Source of the DNA: Eubacteriales bacterium
GTDB lineage: Bacteria > Bacillota > Clostridia > Oscillospirales > CAG-272
Length of the DNA: 64,000 nt
Reading direction: 5' to 3'
Assembly (NCBI GenBank): GCA_045546615.1
Contig: JAZQDD010000039.1
Coordinates: 11,359 to 75,358, forward strand
The notes beneath the pieces were generated by a model. It saw nothing but the letters and a program-made list of their open reading frames with translations. It was not told where the DNA came from and did not search any database. Positions 19,731 through 30,210 of this stretch are shown here, piece by piece; within the stretch, counting starts at the first letter, position 1, and every line of letters begins with the position of its first letter. The translations under genes and the position numbers were made by a program.

Positions 19731-20945
19731 ATGAAGCTCATAAACGGCGGCGTTTGCGCCGCAAAGGGATATAAAGCAAACGGAATACATTGCGGTATAC
19801 GCAAAAACCGCACCAAAAACGATCTCGCACTCATCGTCAGCGAGAAGCGCGCGACCGCTGCAGCGGTATACACTACGAATCTCGTCAAGGGAGCACCGCT
19901 CGCAGTTACCAAAAAGCATATTTCGGACGGCTACGCAAGTGCTGTTATCTGCAACAGCGGAAACGCCAACACTTGTAACGCAAACGGTGCAGAGATTGCA
20001 GAGAAGATGAGCGAATTGCTTGCAAACGGCCTCAATATTGCCTCTGATGACGTTGTTGTTGCTTCAACGGGCGTTATCGGACAACCTCTTGATATAACCC
20101 CCATAGCTAACGGCATCCCTGCGCTTGTTGCGGGACTCTCCAGCGAAGGCGGAGCGGCGGCAGCTGAAGGCATAATGACAACGGATACAACGAGAAAAGA
20201 GCTCGCCGTTGAGTTTGAGATAGGCGGCAAGATCTGTCATCTTGGCGGCATAGCCAAGGGAAGCGGAATGATCCACCCCAATATGGCGACTATGCTTGTT
20301 TTCATCACCTCGGACGTTGCTATTTCGTCAGAGATGCTTCAGAAGGCTCTTTCGAGCGATATCACCTCTACGTTTAATATGCTTAGCGTAGACGGCGATA
20401 CCTCAACCAATGATATGGTTGTGGTTCTTGCTAACGGTATGGCTGAAAACCCCGAGATCGTCTCCGAGGGCGAAGATTTTTCAATATTCATGAAGGCGCT
20501 GAATACTATAACCGTTCAGCTTTGCCGCGAGATCGCCGCCGACGGCGAGGGAGCGACCAAACTTCTTGAATGTACCGTCAGCGGTGCAAAGGATATTTCC
20601 ACCGCAAGAACCGTTGCCAAGAGCGTTGTTTGTTCAAGCCTGCTCAAAGCCGCTATGTTTGGTGCGGATGCCAACTGGGGACGTGTACTTTGCGCTATTG
20701 GATACAGCGGAGCAGATGTTGATGTTTCGCGTGTTGATGTTTTCTTTAAGTCAAACGCGGGCGAGATTCTTGTTTGCAAGAACGGCGCGGGCGTTGCTTT
20801 CTCCGAGGAAAAAGCAAAAGAGATCCTTCTTGAAAAGGAAATTGATATTATTATCTCCGTAGGAGATGGAGACGTTGCGGCTACCGCTTGGGGCTGTGAC
20901 CTTACCTACGATTACGTTAAAATAAACGGTGACTACCGCACATAA
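19731..20945 (+). CDS. argJ: bifunctional ornithine acetyltransferase / N-acetylglutamate synthase
   Basis: 404 aa. Self-cleavage motif PNMATMLVF and C-terminus YVKINGDYRT. Confidence 0.9.
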   Translation: MKLINGGVCAAKGYKANGIHCGIRKNRTKNDLALIVSEKRATAAAVYTTNLVKGAPLAVTKKHISDGYASAVICNSGNANTCNANGAEIAEKMSELLANGLNIASDDVVVASTGVIGQPLDITPIANGIPALVAGLSSEGGAAAAEGIMTTDTTRKELAVEFEIGGKICHLGGIAKGSGMIHPNMATMLVFITSDVAISSEMLQKALSSDITSTFNMLSVDGDTSTNDMVVVLANGMAENPEIVSEGEDFSIFMKALNTITVQLCREIAADGEGATKLLECTVSGAKDISTARTVAKSVVCSSLLKAAMFGADANWGRVLCAIGYSGADVDVSRVDVFFKSNAGEILVCKNGAGVAFSEEKAKEILLEKEIDIIISVGDGDVAATAWGCDLTYDYVKINGDYRT

Positions 20946-20957
20946 TTGAGGTTTATT

Positions 20958-21821
20958 ATGCACAACGAATTTACAAATATCGAGCGCGCAGAGGTGCTTA
21001 CGCAAGCACTTCCTTATATCAAACGCTATACGGGCAAGACCGTAGTTGTTAAATACGGCGGAAACGCAATGATAAACGAGGATCTTAAACAGCAGGTCAT
21101 GGAGGACATCGTTCTTCTTTGGCTTATCGGTATCAAGGTCGTTCTCGTTCACGGCGGAGGCCCTGAGATCAATGAAATGATGTCGAAACTTGGTAAGGAA
21201 GCTGTTTTTGTTGACGGTTTGCGCGTTACCGATAAGGAGACCGTTGACATCGTTCAGATGGTTCTTGCCGGTAAGGTAAACAAGACTCTCGTAAACCTTC
21301 TTGAAAAGAAGGGAGGCAAGGCTGTCGGCATTTCGGGTATGGACGGTCAGCTTATTGAGGCTCGTGTCAAGGATGAAAGACTCGGTTACGTTGGCGACAT
21401 CACGAAGATAAACATCGCTCCCGTTACTGATCTGCTTGAAATGGGATACATTCCCGTCGTTTCAACGCTTGGCTGTGATGCTGACGGAAACACCTACAAT
21501 ATAAATGGCGATACCGCCGCGGCGCATATCGCGGGCGCGCTTGGTGCGGAAAGACTTATTATGATGACCGATATTGCGGGCATCCTTCGCGACAAAAACG
21601 ATCCTAAAACGCTCATTCCCGAGGTCAAGGTAAGTGACGCGAAGAAGCTCTACGCCGACGGCGTGATTTCAGGCGGTATGATCCCCAAGGTAGATTGCTG
21701 TATCGAGGCTATACGCGAGGGAGTAAAGAACGTTATTATAATGGACGGCAGAGTTCCTCACTCCATTCTTATGGAGCTTCTGACCGACGAGGGTGCTGGT
21801 ACTATGGTTACCGGAGGTTGA
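20958..21821 (+). CDS. argB: acetylglutamate kinase
   Basis: VVKYGGNAM ... VHGGGP ... INGDTAA motifs. ATG at 20958. Confidence 0.9.
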   Translation: MHNEFTNIERAEVLTQALPYIKRYTGKTVVVKYGGNAMINEDLKQQVMEDIVLLWLIGIKVVLVHGGGPEINEMMSKLGKEAVFVDGLRVTDKETVDIVQMVLAGKVNKTLVNLLEKKGGKAVGISGMDGQLIEARVKDERLGYVGDITKINIAPVTDLLEMGYIPVVSTLGCDADGNTYNINGDTAAAHIAGALGAERLIMMTDIAGILRDKNDPKTLIPEVKVSDAKKLYADGVISGGMIPKVDCCIEAIREGVKNVIIMDGRVPHSILMELLTDEGAGTMVTGG

Positions 21822-21822
21822 C

Positions 21823-22983
21823 ATGGATATTAAAGCAATTGATTCGCAATACGTTGCGGGAACATACGGTCGTTTGCCTGTTGAAATAATATCGGGAAAA
21901 GGCTCGATCGTTAAGGATGTAAACGGAAAAGAGTATATAGACATGGGCTCGGGAATTGGCGTTACCGCATTCGGTCTTTGTGATGATGAATGGGTAAAGG
22001 CTGTAAATGAGCAACTGTGCAAGCTCCAGCATATGTCCAACCTCTATTATACCGAGCCTTGCGCAAAGCTCGCGGAGCTTCTCTGCAAGAAAACGGGTAT
22101 GTCGAAGGTATTCTTTGGAAACTCGGGCGCTGAGGCAAACGAGTGCGCTATCAAGGTGGCAAGAAAATACGCCGCCGAAAAAAAGGGCGATGAATATTAT
22201 AAGATAATCACCCTGCAAAACAGCTTCCACGGCAGAACACTGACAACTCTTGCCGCAACGGGACAGGATCATTTCCACCGTCTGTTCACACCTCTTACCG
22301 ACGGCTTTATCCACGTTCCTGCCAATGATATAGATGCGCTCAAAGCGTGCGTTGCCGAAAACAAGGTTGCCGCTATTATGCTTGAGTGCGTTCAGGGCGA
22401 GGGGGGCGTTCTCCCCGTATCAAAGGAGTTCATTTCCGCCGCCGCCGAGATTGCCGAGAAGGAAGATATACTTCTTATCATCGACGAAGTGCAGACGGGA
22501 AATGGAAGAACGGGCAAGTTCTATGCGTATATGCATTACGGCATAACACCCGACGTAGTCACCACAGCCAAGGGACTTGGCGGAGGACTTCCCATCGGTG
22601 CTTGCCTTATGAGCAAAAAGGTTGAAAACGTGCTTGGTAAGGGAGACCACGGCTCGACCTATGGTGGAAATCCCGTTTGTTCCGCAGGTGCAGTAAACGT
22701 AGTTAGCAGAATTGACGACGCTCTCCTTGCGGACGTTAACGCGAAGAGTAAATATATTTTTGACTCATTTGAGGGCGCGGAAGGGATTGAGTCGGTCAGC
22801 GGTCTTGGACTTATGATTGGAATCAAAACAGTAAAGCCCGCCGCCGAAGTTTTGGCAAAATGTATAGAGAACGGCGTTCTTTGCCTTACCGCAAAGGACA
22901 AGGTCCGCTTGCTTCCCGCGCTCAATATTCCGATGGACGTGCTTGCTCGCGCTATCGACGTTATCAAAAAGGCTTGTATTTAA
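21823..22983 (+). CDS. argD: acetylornithine aminotransferase
   Basis: Class III aminotransferase (FGNSGAEANE ... DEVQTGNGRTG ... TTAKGLGGG). An ATG at 21823 follows GGAGG. Confidence 0.9.
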   Translation: MDIKAIDSQYVAGTYGRLPVEIISGKGSIVKDVNGKEYIDMGSGIGVTAFGLCDDEWVKAVNEQLCKLQHMSNLYYTEPCAKLAELLCKKTGMSKVFFGNSGAEANECAIKVARKYAAEKKGDEYYKIITLQNSFHGRTLTTLAATGQDHFHRLFTPLTDGFIHVPANDIDALKACVAENKVAAIMLECVQGEGGVLPVSKEFISAAAEIAEKEDILLIIDEVQTGNGRTGKFYAYMHYGITPDVVTTAKGLGGGLPIGACLMSKKVENVLGKGDHGSTYGGNPVCSAGAVNVVSRIDDALLADVNAKSKYIFDSFEGAEGIESVSGLGLMIGIKTVKPAAEVLAKCIENGVLCLTAKDKVRLLPALNIPMDVLARAIDVIKKACI

Positions 22984-22998
22984 GCTAAAGGAGATATT

Positions 22999-23982
22999 AT
23001 GAATCTTAAAGGTAAACATTTTTTGAAGCTGCTCGATTTCACCCCCGAGGAGATCGGCGGACTTATAGATCTTGCCGCAGATCTTAAGGCAAAGAAAAAG
23101 GCGGGCATTCCGCACAGACTTTGCGAGGGCAAGAATATCGCACTTATATTTGAAAAGACCAGCACCCGTACGCGTTGCTCCTTCGAGGTAGCCGCGGCTG
23201 ACCTCGGTATGCACCCCGTATACCTTGATCCTTCGGGCTCGCAGATAGGTAAAAAGGAGACCATTGCTGACACCGCACGCGTTCTCGGCAGAATGTTTGA
23301 CGGTATCGAGTACCGCGGCTTCGGTCAGGAGCTTGTAGAGGAGCTTGCAAAGCACGCGGGCGTTCCCGTATGGAACGGACTTACCAACGAGTTCCACCCC
23401 ACGCAGATACTTGCGGATTTCCTTACCATCAAGGAGCATTTTGGCAAGCTTAACGGAATAAAGCTCGTTTATATGGGCGACTCCAGATACAATATGGGTA
23501 ACTCCCTTATGGTCGGTTGCGCAAAGATGGGTATGCACTTCGTATCCTGTGCTCCGAAGGAGTATTTTCCGTCCGAGGAGCTGATCGCTACCTGTAAGGA
23601 GATCGCGGCAGAGACGGGCGCAACTCTTGAGTTCATCACCGATCCCATGGTCGCAACGAAGAACGCAGACGTTATTTATACCGACGTTTGGGTATCTATG
23701 GGCGAGCCTGCGTCGGTTTGGAAGGAAAGAATAGACGCGCTCTATCCCTATCAGGTCAACAAGGCTCTTATGGATAACGCAGGCGCACAGTGCCGCTTTA
23801 TGCATTGTCTGCCCGCATTCCACGACCTTAAGACCACCACGGGCAAGGAGATATACGAAAAGTTCGGTATAGACTGCATGGAGGTCACCGACGAGGTATT
23901 TGAAAGTGATGCATCCATCGTTTTCGACGAAGCCGAAAACCGTATGCACACCATAAAAGCCGTCATGGCGGCTACTCTGTAA
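22999..23982 (+). CDS. argF: ornithine carbamoyltransferase
   Basis: [17 protein letters not shown] and HCLPA motifs. Confidence 0.9.
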   Translation: MNLKGKHFLKLLDFTPEEIGGLIDLAADLKAKKKAGIPHRLCEGKNIALIFEKTSTRTRCSFEVAAADLGMHPVYLDPSGSQIGKKETIADTARVLGRMFDGIEYRGFGQELVEELAKHAGVPVWNGLTNEFHPTQILADFLTIKEHFGKLNGIKLVYMGDSRYNMGNSLMVGCAKMGMHFVSCAPKEYFPSEELIATCKEIAAETGATLEFITDPMVATKNADVIYTDVWVSMGEPASVWKERIDALYPYQVNKALMDNAGAQCRFMHCLPAFHDLKTTTGKEIYEKFGIDCMEVTDEVFESDASIVFDEAENRMHTIKAVMAATL

Positions 23983-23988
23983 AATAAA

Positions 23989-24021
23989 ATAGGCAGAGAG
24001 TGTGTTCCTCTGCCTATTTTT
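23989..24021 (+). terminator. terminator after argF
   Basis: Stem ataggcagag/ctctgcctat followed by TTTTT. Confidence 0.7.
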
Positions 24022-24039
24022 GCTGTAAGGAGAAAGAAA

Positions 24040-24606
24040 ATGGATTGCAGACAATATATTGAATTTTTGAATGTTATTGAAAAATTGAAATGTCATACTC
24101 GCCATTCTTGGACGTCAAGCGGTAAACAGGAGTCTGTTGCCGAGCATTCATGGAGACTTGCGGTAATGGCTATGCTATGCGCTGATGAATATCCTAATGT
24201 GGATATAAATAAAGTCATTAAAATGTGTTTGATCCATGACTTTGGAGAAGTCATAACAGGAGATATTCCCGCATTTTTGAAAAGCCAAAATGATGAAATT
24301 GAGGAAGAATTAGCAATTGAGAAATTGATCTCCATATTACCTTCTAATACAAGAGATGAAATAAAGCTTCTCTTTTTGGAAATGAAAGAAATGCGAACCG
24401 ATGAAGCAAAACTGTATAAAGCTCTTGATAATATTGAGGCAGTGATTTCTCATAATGAGGCGGATATTTCCACCTGGCTTCCGATGGAGTATGAAGAAAA
24501 TCTTACATACGGTCAAAAAAATTCAGAGTGGTCCGCATGGACAAGAGAATTACGAGAGCTTATAAAACAAGATAGCCTTGAAAAGATCCGTAGAGAAGGA
24601 AAATAA
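24040..24606 (+). CDS. HD-domain phosphohydrolase (YfbR-like)
   Basis: 188 aa. Contains H..R ... IHDFGE (HD motif). Confidence 0.7.
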   Translation: MDCRQYIEFLNVIEKLKCHTRHSWTSSGKQESVAEHSWRLAVMAMLCADEYPNVDINKVIKMCLIHDFGEVITGDIPAFLKSQNDEIEEELAIEKLISILPSNTRDEIKLLFLEMKEMRTDEAKLYKALDNIEAVISHNEADISTWLPMEYEENLTYGQKNSEWSAWTRELRELIKQDSLEKIRREGK

Positions 24607-24610
24607 AATA

Positions 24611-24645
24611 AACCTCGACAAGATTCTAAAAAATCTGTCGAGGTT
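24611..24645. terminator. bidirectional terminator between convergent genes
   Basis: Perfect 10-bp stem aacctcgaca/tgtcgaggtt flanked by A- and T-rich runs. Confidence 0.6.
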
Positions 24646-24683
24646 ATTATCTTATGAGAAGACTGCTTTCGATTCCTTTTGTT

Positions 24684-25403
24684 TTAAGCAGGAAATCCGC
24701 CGTCGACGGGTATAAATGCGCCCGTGATGAAATCAGCCTTTTCCGATGCCAAAAACGTAACGGCGTTTGCGACCTCGGACGGTTTTCCAAGACGGCAAAG
24801 CGGAGTGCGGTCGATTAGGTAATCGAAGGTTTCCTTGTCAAGCTCGCCGTTCATATCCGTGTCGATAACGCCCGGCTCAACAAGATTTACGGTGATACCC
24901 GAAGGGCCAAATTCCTTTGCAAGCGATGATGTAAGTCCGCGAAGTCCCGACTTTGTGGCGGAATAGTGCGCCTCGCAAGCCGCGCCGCGCGCGCCCCAGA
25001 TCGAGCCTACGTTTATTATTTTTCCCGAATGTTGTTTTACCATTTCGCGCAAAGCCTCTTGTGATGTTGCAAATACTGCGGAAAGATTTACCGATATCAT
25101 TCTTTGCCAATCCTCGTCGGTAAGCTCGGTGAACAGCTCTATTTGCGAAATTCCCGCGCAGTTTACAAGCACGTCAACGCCGCCAAGGGCGTGGATTCCC
25201 GCTTTTATAGCCTCGCGTGCCTTGCTGATGTCGGCAAGATCGGCTTGATAGGGAATAGCCCCCGTTTCATTTGCCACAGCTTGCGCGGCGGCGGTATTGG
25301 AGTTATAAACGAAGAAAACTCTGTCTCCTATCTCGCAAAAAGCACGTACACACGCCGCACCGATACCGCGAGAGCCGCCGGTTATTATAACTTTTTTATT
25401 CAT
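24684..25403 (-). CDS. SDR-family oxidoreductase (FabG-like)
   Basis: TGGSRGIGAA cofactor motif and YSATK catalytic motif. Confidence 0.8.
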   Translation of the reverse strand: MNKKVIITGGSRGIGAACVRAFCEIGDRVFFVYNSNTAAAQAVANETGAIPYQADLADISKAREAIKAGIHALGGVDVLVNCAGISQIELFTELTDEDWQRMISVNLSAVFATSQEALREMVKQHSGKIINVGSIWGARGAACEAHYSATKSGLRGLTSSLAKEFGPSGITVNLVEPGVIDTDMNGELDKETFDYLIDRTPLCRLGKPSEVANAVTFLASEKADFITGAFIPVDGGFPA

Positions 25404-25406
25404 ATT

Positions 25407-27026
25407 TTATCTCTTTATTTTATTAAGAATTGAATCGTAAGACAGACCGTATTTATCGGCTATATCACGCGCATAGCTCTTTCCGTCGGGTTTTGCGCGG
25501 TATATCTTAAAGGAACGCTTGCCCGATTCCATACCCGCAACGAGGGTATCTATCGGAGCACCGCCGCTTGCGGCTGTCTTTTTATTTATATCATCTATCA
25601 TAGCCGCCAGCTCGTGCAGATGCGTGGAGAAAAGCACGCGGCAACCAACGCTCGAGAAGCCCGCAAGCACCTCTGCGCCTATATACGATGCCTCATACGA
25701 GCCTGTGGATGAGAGGGATTCGTCAAGAAGAACGAGAGAATTTGAGCTGACAGACTCAAAAATCTCACTGAGCCTTGCGCATTCCTCGCCCAGCCTTCCT
25801 TTATCGATGGTATCGTCAGCGCCGGTCGGAAAGTGCGTGTATATAGCGTCAACAGTTGAGATGGTCACCTCATCGGCGGGGAGAAAAAGTCCAAGCTGGA
25901 ACATGACTTGCGCTATACCGAGCGCGCAGGTGATCACTGATTTTCCGCCTCTGTTAGGTCCTGAAAGGACATAAATTTTAGCTTTGTCATCAAAAACGAG
26001 ATCGTTTGTTATTATCTCGCCATCAACTTTGAGCGCAACTACGGGGTTATACAGCCCCTTGGCAGAAAACGCATTGTCAGAATGAGGAGCAACAGTAGGC
26101 GCACAAAGGGAGCATCCGCGCTCACGCAGACGCGAGAGCAAGCGGGTTCCTTTTACAAGAAACTCGATTTCAGGCATGAGGTTCAAAAGAAAATCGGTGT
26201 TCTCGAGAACGTATTGCTGAACTATCTTTTTCCACGAACGAAGCGAGGATTTATAAACGTCGTTTATCGCAGAGTTGAAAGCAAGTGCAAGTGCGGTTTT
26301 TTGTGTCTCAGTCTGCTTTTTGTCAAACGGAACGAGATTTGCGATGCACGTATACTGATCATCCTTGAAATTAAGCCGTAAGATCTTCTCCAGCACGTCT
26401 CCCGAACGGAATGCCTCGGGGTTTATCGAAAGAACACCCGCACTCTGCGGACGAAGCTGGGCGTCAAGGTTTACGCCGACGGTCACGCTTTTTATGTCGC
26501 GCACACGGCTCGTAAGCTCACACAGACGCTCATTAAGCTCACTGTAATATTCGCTGTCAGCAAGCTCGTTTATGCGCTCACAGAGGGTTTTGAAAGCCTT
26601 GCCCTTGATGTTATCTTTAACAGCGGAGAGTCCGTCGTCGAGAGTGTCTATGCATGAAATATAAAGCTCGATCTCGGTAATACTTGAAAGATAATCGTTC
26701 GTATCTCCGCTGTCGGCTTCAAGACGGCGAAGCTCCATAATATCGGAAAGAATAGGGAGCAGGGAATTGAAAGTCTTTACAAGCGAAGGATTTTCGAGAA
26801 GGTCACAAAAAACCTCATTTCGATAAGCAAGAACTTCCGTGTCGTTTGTAAAATAATCCGAAAGTACGCTGTTTTTTAGATCAAGAACCTCAAGAAATCC
26901 CATTTCCTCAAGTGCAAACATAGATATGTCGGGGCGATATGAGTTGTCTGTCCCGCCTTGATATTTAATTGCATCCGGATATATCAAAGAAAAATTAGTA
27001 AGATCCAATTTTTTAAGTCCTTTCAA
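25407..27026 (-). CDS. MutS-related ATPase (MutS domain V only; no mismatch-binding or Smr domain seen)
   Basis: GPNRGGKS Walker A, LVLLDESLSSTG, FSTHLHEL. The start is uncertain (TTG at 27026 or TTG at 27008 after AAAGGA). Confidence 0.7.
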   Translation of the reverse strand: MKGLKKLDLTNFSLIYPDAIKYQGGTDNSYRPDISMFALEEMGFLEVLDLKNSVLSDYFTNDTEVLAYRNEVFCDLLENPSLVKTFNSLLPILSDIMELRRLEADSGDTNDYLSSITEIELYISCIDTLDDGLSAVKDNIKGKAFKTLCERINELADSEYYSELNERLCELTSRVRDIKSVTVGVNLDAQLRPQSAGVLSINPEAFRSGDVLEKILRLNFKDDQYTCIANLVPFDKKQTETQKTALALAFNSAINDVYKSSLRSWKKIVQQYVLENTDFLLNLMPEIEFLVKGTRLLSRLRERGCSLCAPTVAPHSDNAFSAKGLYNPVVALKVDGEIITNDLVFDDKAKIYVLSGPNRGGKSVITCALGIAQVMFQLGLFLPADEVTISTVDAIYTHFPTGADDTIDKGRLGEECARLSEIFESVSSNSLVLLDESLSSTGSYEASYIGAEVLAGFSSVGCRVLFSTHLHELAAMIDDINKKTAASGGAPIDTLVAGMESGKRSFKIYRAKPDGKSYARDIADKYGLSYDSILNKIKR

Positions 27027-27064
27027 TCGTTATAAATGTATTATAGCATATATTTTCAGTAAGT

Positions 27065-28162
27065 TCAATCCTCGTCGTCTATATCTTCAACATCATCTCT
27101 GCCGACACTTACGTCATCTCCGGTCAAGGAAGCGAACGGCAGAGCCTTTATCATATCGTCGGGTGAAACGTTGGCAAGGGGAGAAAGAGACATCGCTCTC
27201 TCTACGTCGGAGTTTGCAACGTGTGTATATATCTGCGTGGTATTAAGCTGCTCATGTCCGAGTATTTCCTTTAACACGCGCACGTCAACTCCGCCCGATT
27301 GATACATAAGTGTGGCGGCAGTGTGCCTTAATTTGTGTACGGAAAAATGGCGATATTCAAGTCCTGCGGCTTTAAGATATTTTTCAACTGTCCACTGAAC
27401 GGCTCTGTTGCTTATTCTTGTGCCTCTTGTTGATAAAAACAACGCCTTTGTAGTTATATGTTTTTTATCGGGGGCGGTTCTTATGGGTAAATATTCCGCA
27501 AGAACCGCACGGCAAGCATCGTTCAGGTAAATAATACGCTCTTTGTCTCCTTTACCGATGACGCGTACCGAGCGCAATTGCTTATCAATGTCACCAATGT
27601 TGATGCCTACAAGCTCCGAAAGACGCATTCCGCAGTTAAGAAAAAGCGTTATCATCGTGTAGTTACGCAGTCTCATTTCGGGTTTGCATTCGGCATCTCT
27701 TCCAACGGTGTTGAGCAAAAGCAGGGATTCCTCAAGGGTCAGATGCTTGGGCAGGGATTTGCGTTTTTTGGGCGTTTCAATGTTGATGGACGGGTTGTTT
27801 TCAATAAGCCCCCGCTTTGTAACGAGATATTTATAGATTCCCTTAATAGCCGACAACTTTCGCGCTCTTGCGGCGGATGCGTTGCCAAACTCCTTTTCGC
27901 AAAACAGGAGAAAATCGTAAATATCCGAGGTCGTAACAGACGCCACAAGCGCAATGTCAACGCTTTTTACGGAAATGTCCTCGTATGCGGGAGTGCCGTA
28001 TGGAATTTTGTTTCTTTTGGAAATTATGTATTTAAAGAACGATTTAAGATCAAGCATATACTCGCTTACCGTGCGAGGAGAGCATGATTGTATAACGAGC
28101 TTATACCCTGCAAATTCGCGCAATATGGACGAATAATCTTCAGGATTATATTGACTTCCCAT
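27065..28162 (-). CDS. tyrosine recombinase (XerC/XerD-like) with an acidic ~50-aa C-terminal tail
   Basis: HKLRHTAAT ... GHEQLNTTQIYTHV catalytic region, and the tail ...GRDDVEDIDDED. Confidence 0.8.
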   Translation of the reverse strand: MGSQYNPEDYSSILREFAGYKLVIQSCSPRTVSEYMLDLKSFFKYIISKRNKIPYGTPAYEDISVKSVDIALVASVTTSDIYDFLLFCEKEFGNASAARARKLSAIKGIYKYLVTKRGLIENNPSINIETPKKRKSLPKHLTLEESLLLLNTVGRDAECKPEMRLRNYTMITLFLNCGMRLSELVGINIGDIDKQLRSVRVIGKGDKERIIYLNDACRAVLAEYLPIRTAPDKKHITTKALFLSTRGTRISNRAVQWTVEKYLKAAGLEYRHFSVHKLRHTAATLMYQSGGVDVRVLKEILGHEQLNTTQIYTHVANSDVERAMSLSPLANVSPDDMIKALPFASLTGDDVSVGRDDVEDIDDED

Positions 28163-28308
28163 ATCGATCCTCCCATTATTTATACGAACATATTATACAA
28201 CATTTTTGACATTTTTAGTGGATAAAGTGTAAACTTTTTGTTTTTCCCTTGAATTTTAGCAAAGCAAAAGTTATAATAAAATTGTTATTTACGCCCAAGG
28301 GGGAACCA

Positions 28309-28911
28309 ATGAAAGCTTTTTGGAAAAGATATTCCTATTCAACGATCAAACTCTTTGTCAATCAATTTGCGATATCCATTTTTGGATTAGTGCTTGCTCT
28401 TGCCTGCGGCAAAGCGGAGAACAACACTCTTATGTATATAGCAAGCATCGGTGCGATTGTTTTTTACTTGTTTTTGCTATATGCGGCACTGTGGGAGATC
28501 GGTGCTAAGGATAAGATAGCCGTTGACGGCGGAAGACTCCCTAAAAAGTATCTTAATGGGCTGTATATGGGGCTTATTGCCAATATTCCCAACTTTATTC
28601 TTGCCATTCTCGTCAGCATCGGATTGCTTTTTGCAGACGGAGGGCTGATATCAAAAATCGGCGGCATATCAAGTTCGATTTCCATTTTTATTCAAGGAAT
28701 GTATTCCGGCATTCTTGCCATGGACCTTGGCGGAGCGCCGCTAAATTCGTACTTTTTCGTGTATTTTCTTATTCCGCTTCCTGCTATTTTGATATGCACG
28801 ATATCGTATTTCTTCGGCATGAAAAACTATCATTTGACAAAGCTTCTCATTTCCGAAACGCCCGAGGAACTTGAAATAAAAAAAGAAAAAAAGCGCCGCG
28901 ATGCGGAATGA
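28309..28911 (+). CDS. hypothetical multi-pass membrane protein
   Basis: An ATG at 28309 follows AAGGGGGA. There are 5-6 hydrophobic segments. No family recognised. Confidence 0.55.
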   Translation: MKAFWKRYSYSTIKLFVNQFAISIFGLVLALACGKAENNTLMYIASIGAIVFYLFLLYAALWEIGAKDKIAVDGGRLPKKYLNGLYMGLIANIPNFILAILVSIGLLFADGGLISKIGGISSSISIFIQGMYSGILAMDLGGAPLNSYFFVYFLIPLPAILICTISYFFGMKNYHLTKLLISETPEELEIKKEKKRRDAE

Positions 28912-28931
28912 ATTAAAATCACATAATTGTC

Positions 28932-28963
28932 AAAAAGGTGTTTCCATCGGAAACACCTTTTTT
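28932..28963. terminator. bidirectional terminator shared by the membrane-protein gene and rnpB
   Basis: Stem aaaggtgtttcc/ggaaacaccttt flanked by A5 and T6 runs. Confidence 0.7.
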
Positions 28964-29317
28964 GCAAGTTGGCCTGTAAGCCGGGTTCTGTCGAGAACGA
29001 CCATCTGTCTTTGCGTTGCGTCACCGTAACGCTCCGAGGCTTTCGCCCCGTGCCACCCGGAGATATGTGTCGGGCAAACGATCTCCATGCGGTGTTGCTT
29101 CGGATAGGGTTTACAGCGGACCTATGTTACCATAGGAACTGGTGAGCTCTTACCTCGCCTTTCCATCCTTACCCCCAAAGGGGCGGTTTATTTCTGTTGC
29201 ACTTTCCCGGCAGTTGCCTGCGGCTGACGTTATCAGCTATCCTGCCCTGTGAAGCCCGGACTTTCCTCACGGTAATACCTTTCGGCGCAATACCGCGCGG
29301 CCGTTCAGCTAACTTGC
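28964..29317 (-). ncRNA. rnpB: RNase P RNA
   Basis: The reverse complement contains GAGGAAAGTCCGGGC, the universally conserved ACAGAACCCGGCTTA, and a P1 helix gcaagttagc/gccaacttgc. Confidence 0.9.
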
Positions 29318-29348
29318 TTGATCATTATAGCACAAATTAAGACAAAAG

Positions 29349-30200
29349 TCAATGATTCTTAAAATAGTCAAGAACGAAATCGGTAAGTCCGTCAGACAGC
29401 CAACCGTGCCAAGCAACGGCGCAATTGGACTCGGGAATAATGATTAGCTTCTGTCCTCTCATTCCGCCGTGACCGTATGCAGTGTTGTTTTCGCTGATTG
29501 GGCGCAGATACGGACGCTCGCGTACTGTCTTTACCCACTCCTCGGAGAGTATTCTCTTGCCTTTATACATACCGTTGTTGAGGTAGACCGCGCCGAGTTT
29601 GACCATATCGATGGAACGGATATAAAGTCCAGTTGCACCCATAACGTAGCCCTGCGGACAAGTACTCCATGCTACCTCGCGGCATTCAAGCGGGAAGAAC
29701 AACTTTTCCCAAAGATACGCCATGATGGGCTTTTTACATCTTGCGGATACGACTCTGCCGAGAATATAGAAGGCGGCATCGGTATAAACGAACTCGTCAG
29801 GCTCTTTGATGGGATAGGAAAGCGCATATCCGAGATAGTCATATCCAAACGTGTTGGCATCGTGCGTGTCTATATCAAGGAATCCGCCGGGAAGTCCGAG
29901 ATGATGGCGGAGTGCCATATCAACGGTTATCTTTTTCCAAAGCGGCGACATATTCTCGGGGCAGTATTCTGCAAGAATATCGCATATCTTTTCATCGGTG
30001 CTGAGCAACCCCTCATCGCAAAGCAGACCTATGGCGGTGACTGTGAACGCCTTTGCGGCAGAATAAGAATTCTGGCAGGGGTTTCCGCCGTTGACCTTGA
30101 TCTCTTCAGGCTCTCCATCGCCCTTTACTGCCGCGCAACGGTAAACGTTGATGTTGTTTTCCTTGGCGAAGTTGTAAAATTCCTCTAAAAAGTTTTTCAT
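29349..30200 (-). CDS. serine hydrolase / beta-lactamase-family protein
   Basis: About 283 aa with S-x-x-K (SAAK) near the N-terminus. An ATG at 30200 follows AAGGAGGA. Confidence 0.6.
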   Translation of the reverse strand: MKNFLEEFYNFAKENNINVYRCAAVKGDGEPEEIKVNGGNPCQNSYSAAKAFTVTAIGLLCDEGLLSTDEKICDILAEYCPENMSPLWKKITVDMALRHHLGLPGGFLDIDTHDANTFGYDYLGYALSYPIKEPDEFVYTDAAFYILGRVVSARCKKPIMAYLWEKLFFPLECREVAWSTCPQGYVMGATGLYIRSIDMVKLGAVYLNNGMYKGKRILSEEWVKTVRERPYLRPISENNTAYGHGGMRGQKLIIIPESNCAVAWHGWLSDGLTDFVLDYFKNH

Positions 30201-30210
30201 TATGTCCTCC

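Noticed and set aside
22765-24105. 446-aa minus-strand ORF spanning the end of argD and all of argF.
   Set aside because: It is antisense to two genes with unmistakable enzyme motifs ([18 protein letters not shown]). Its translation has no recognisable motifs and odd composition, so it is a shadow ORF.
28927-29145. 72-aa plus-strand ORF.
   Set aside because: It lies entirely within the RNase P RNA gene on the opposite strand. It is explained by structured-RNA sequence, not coding.
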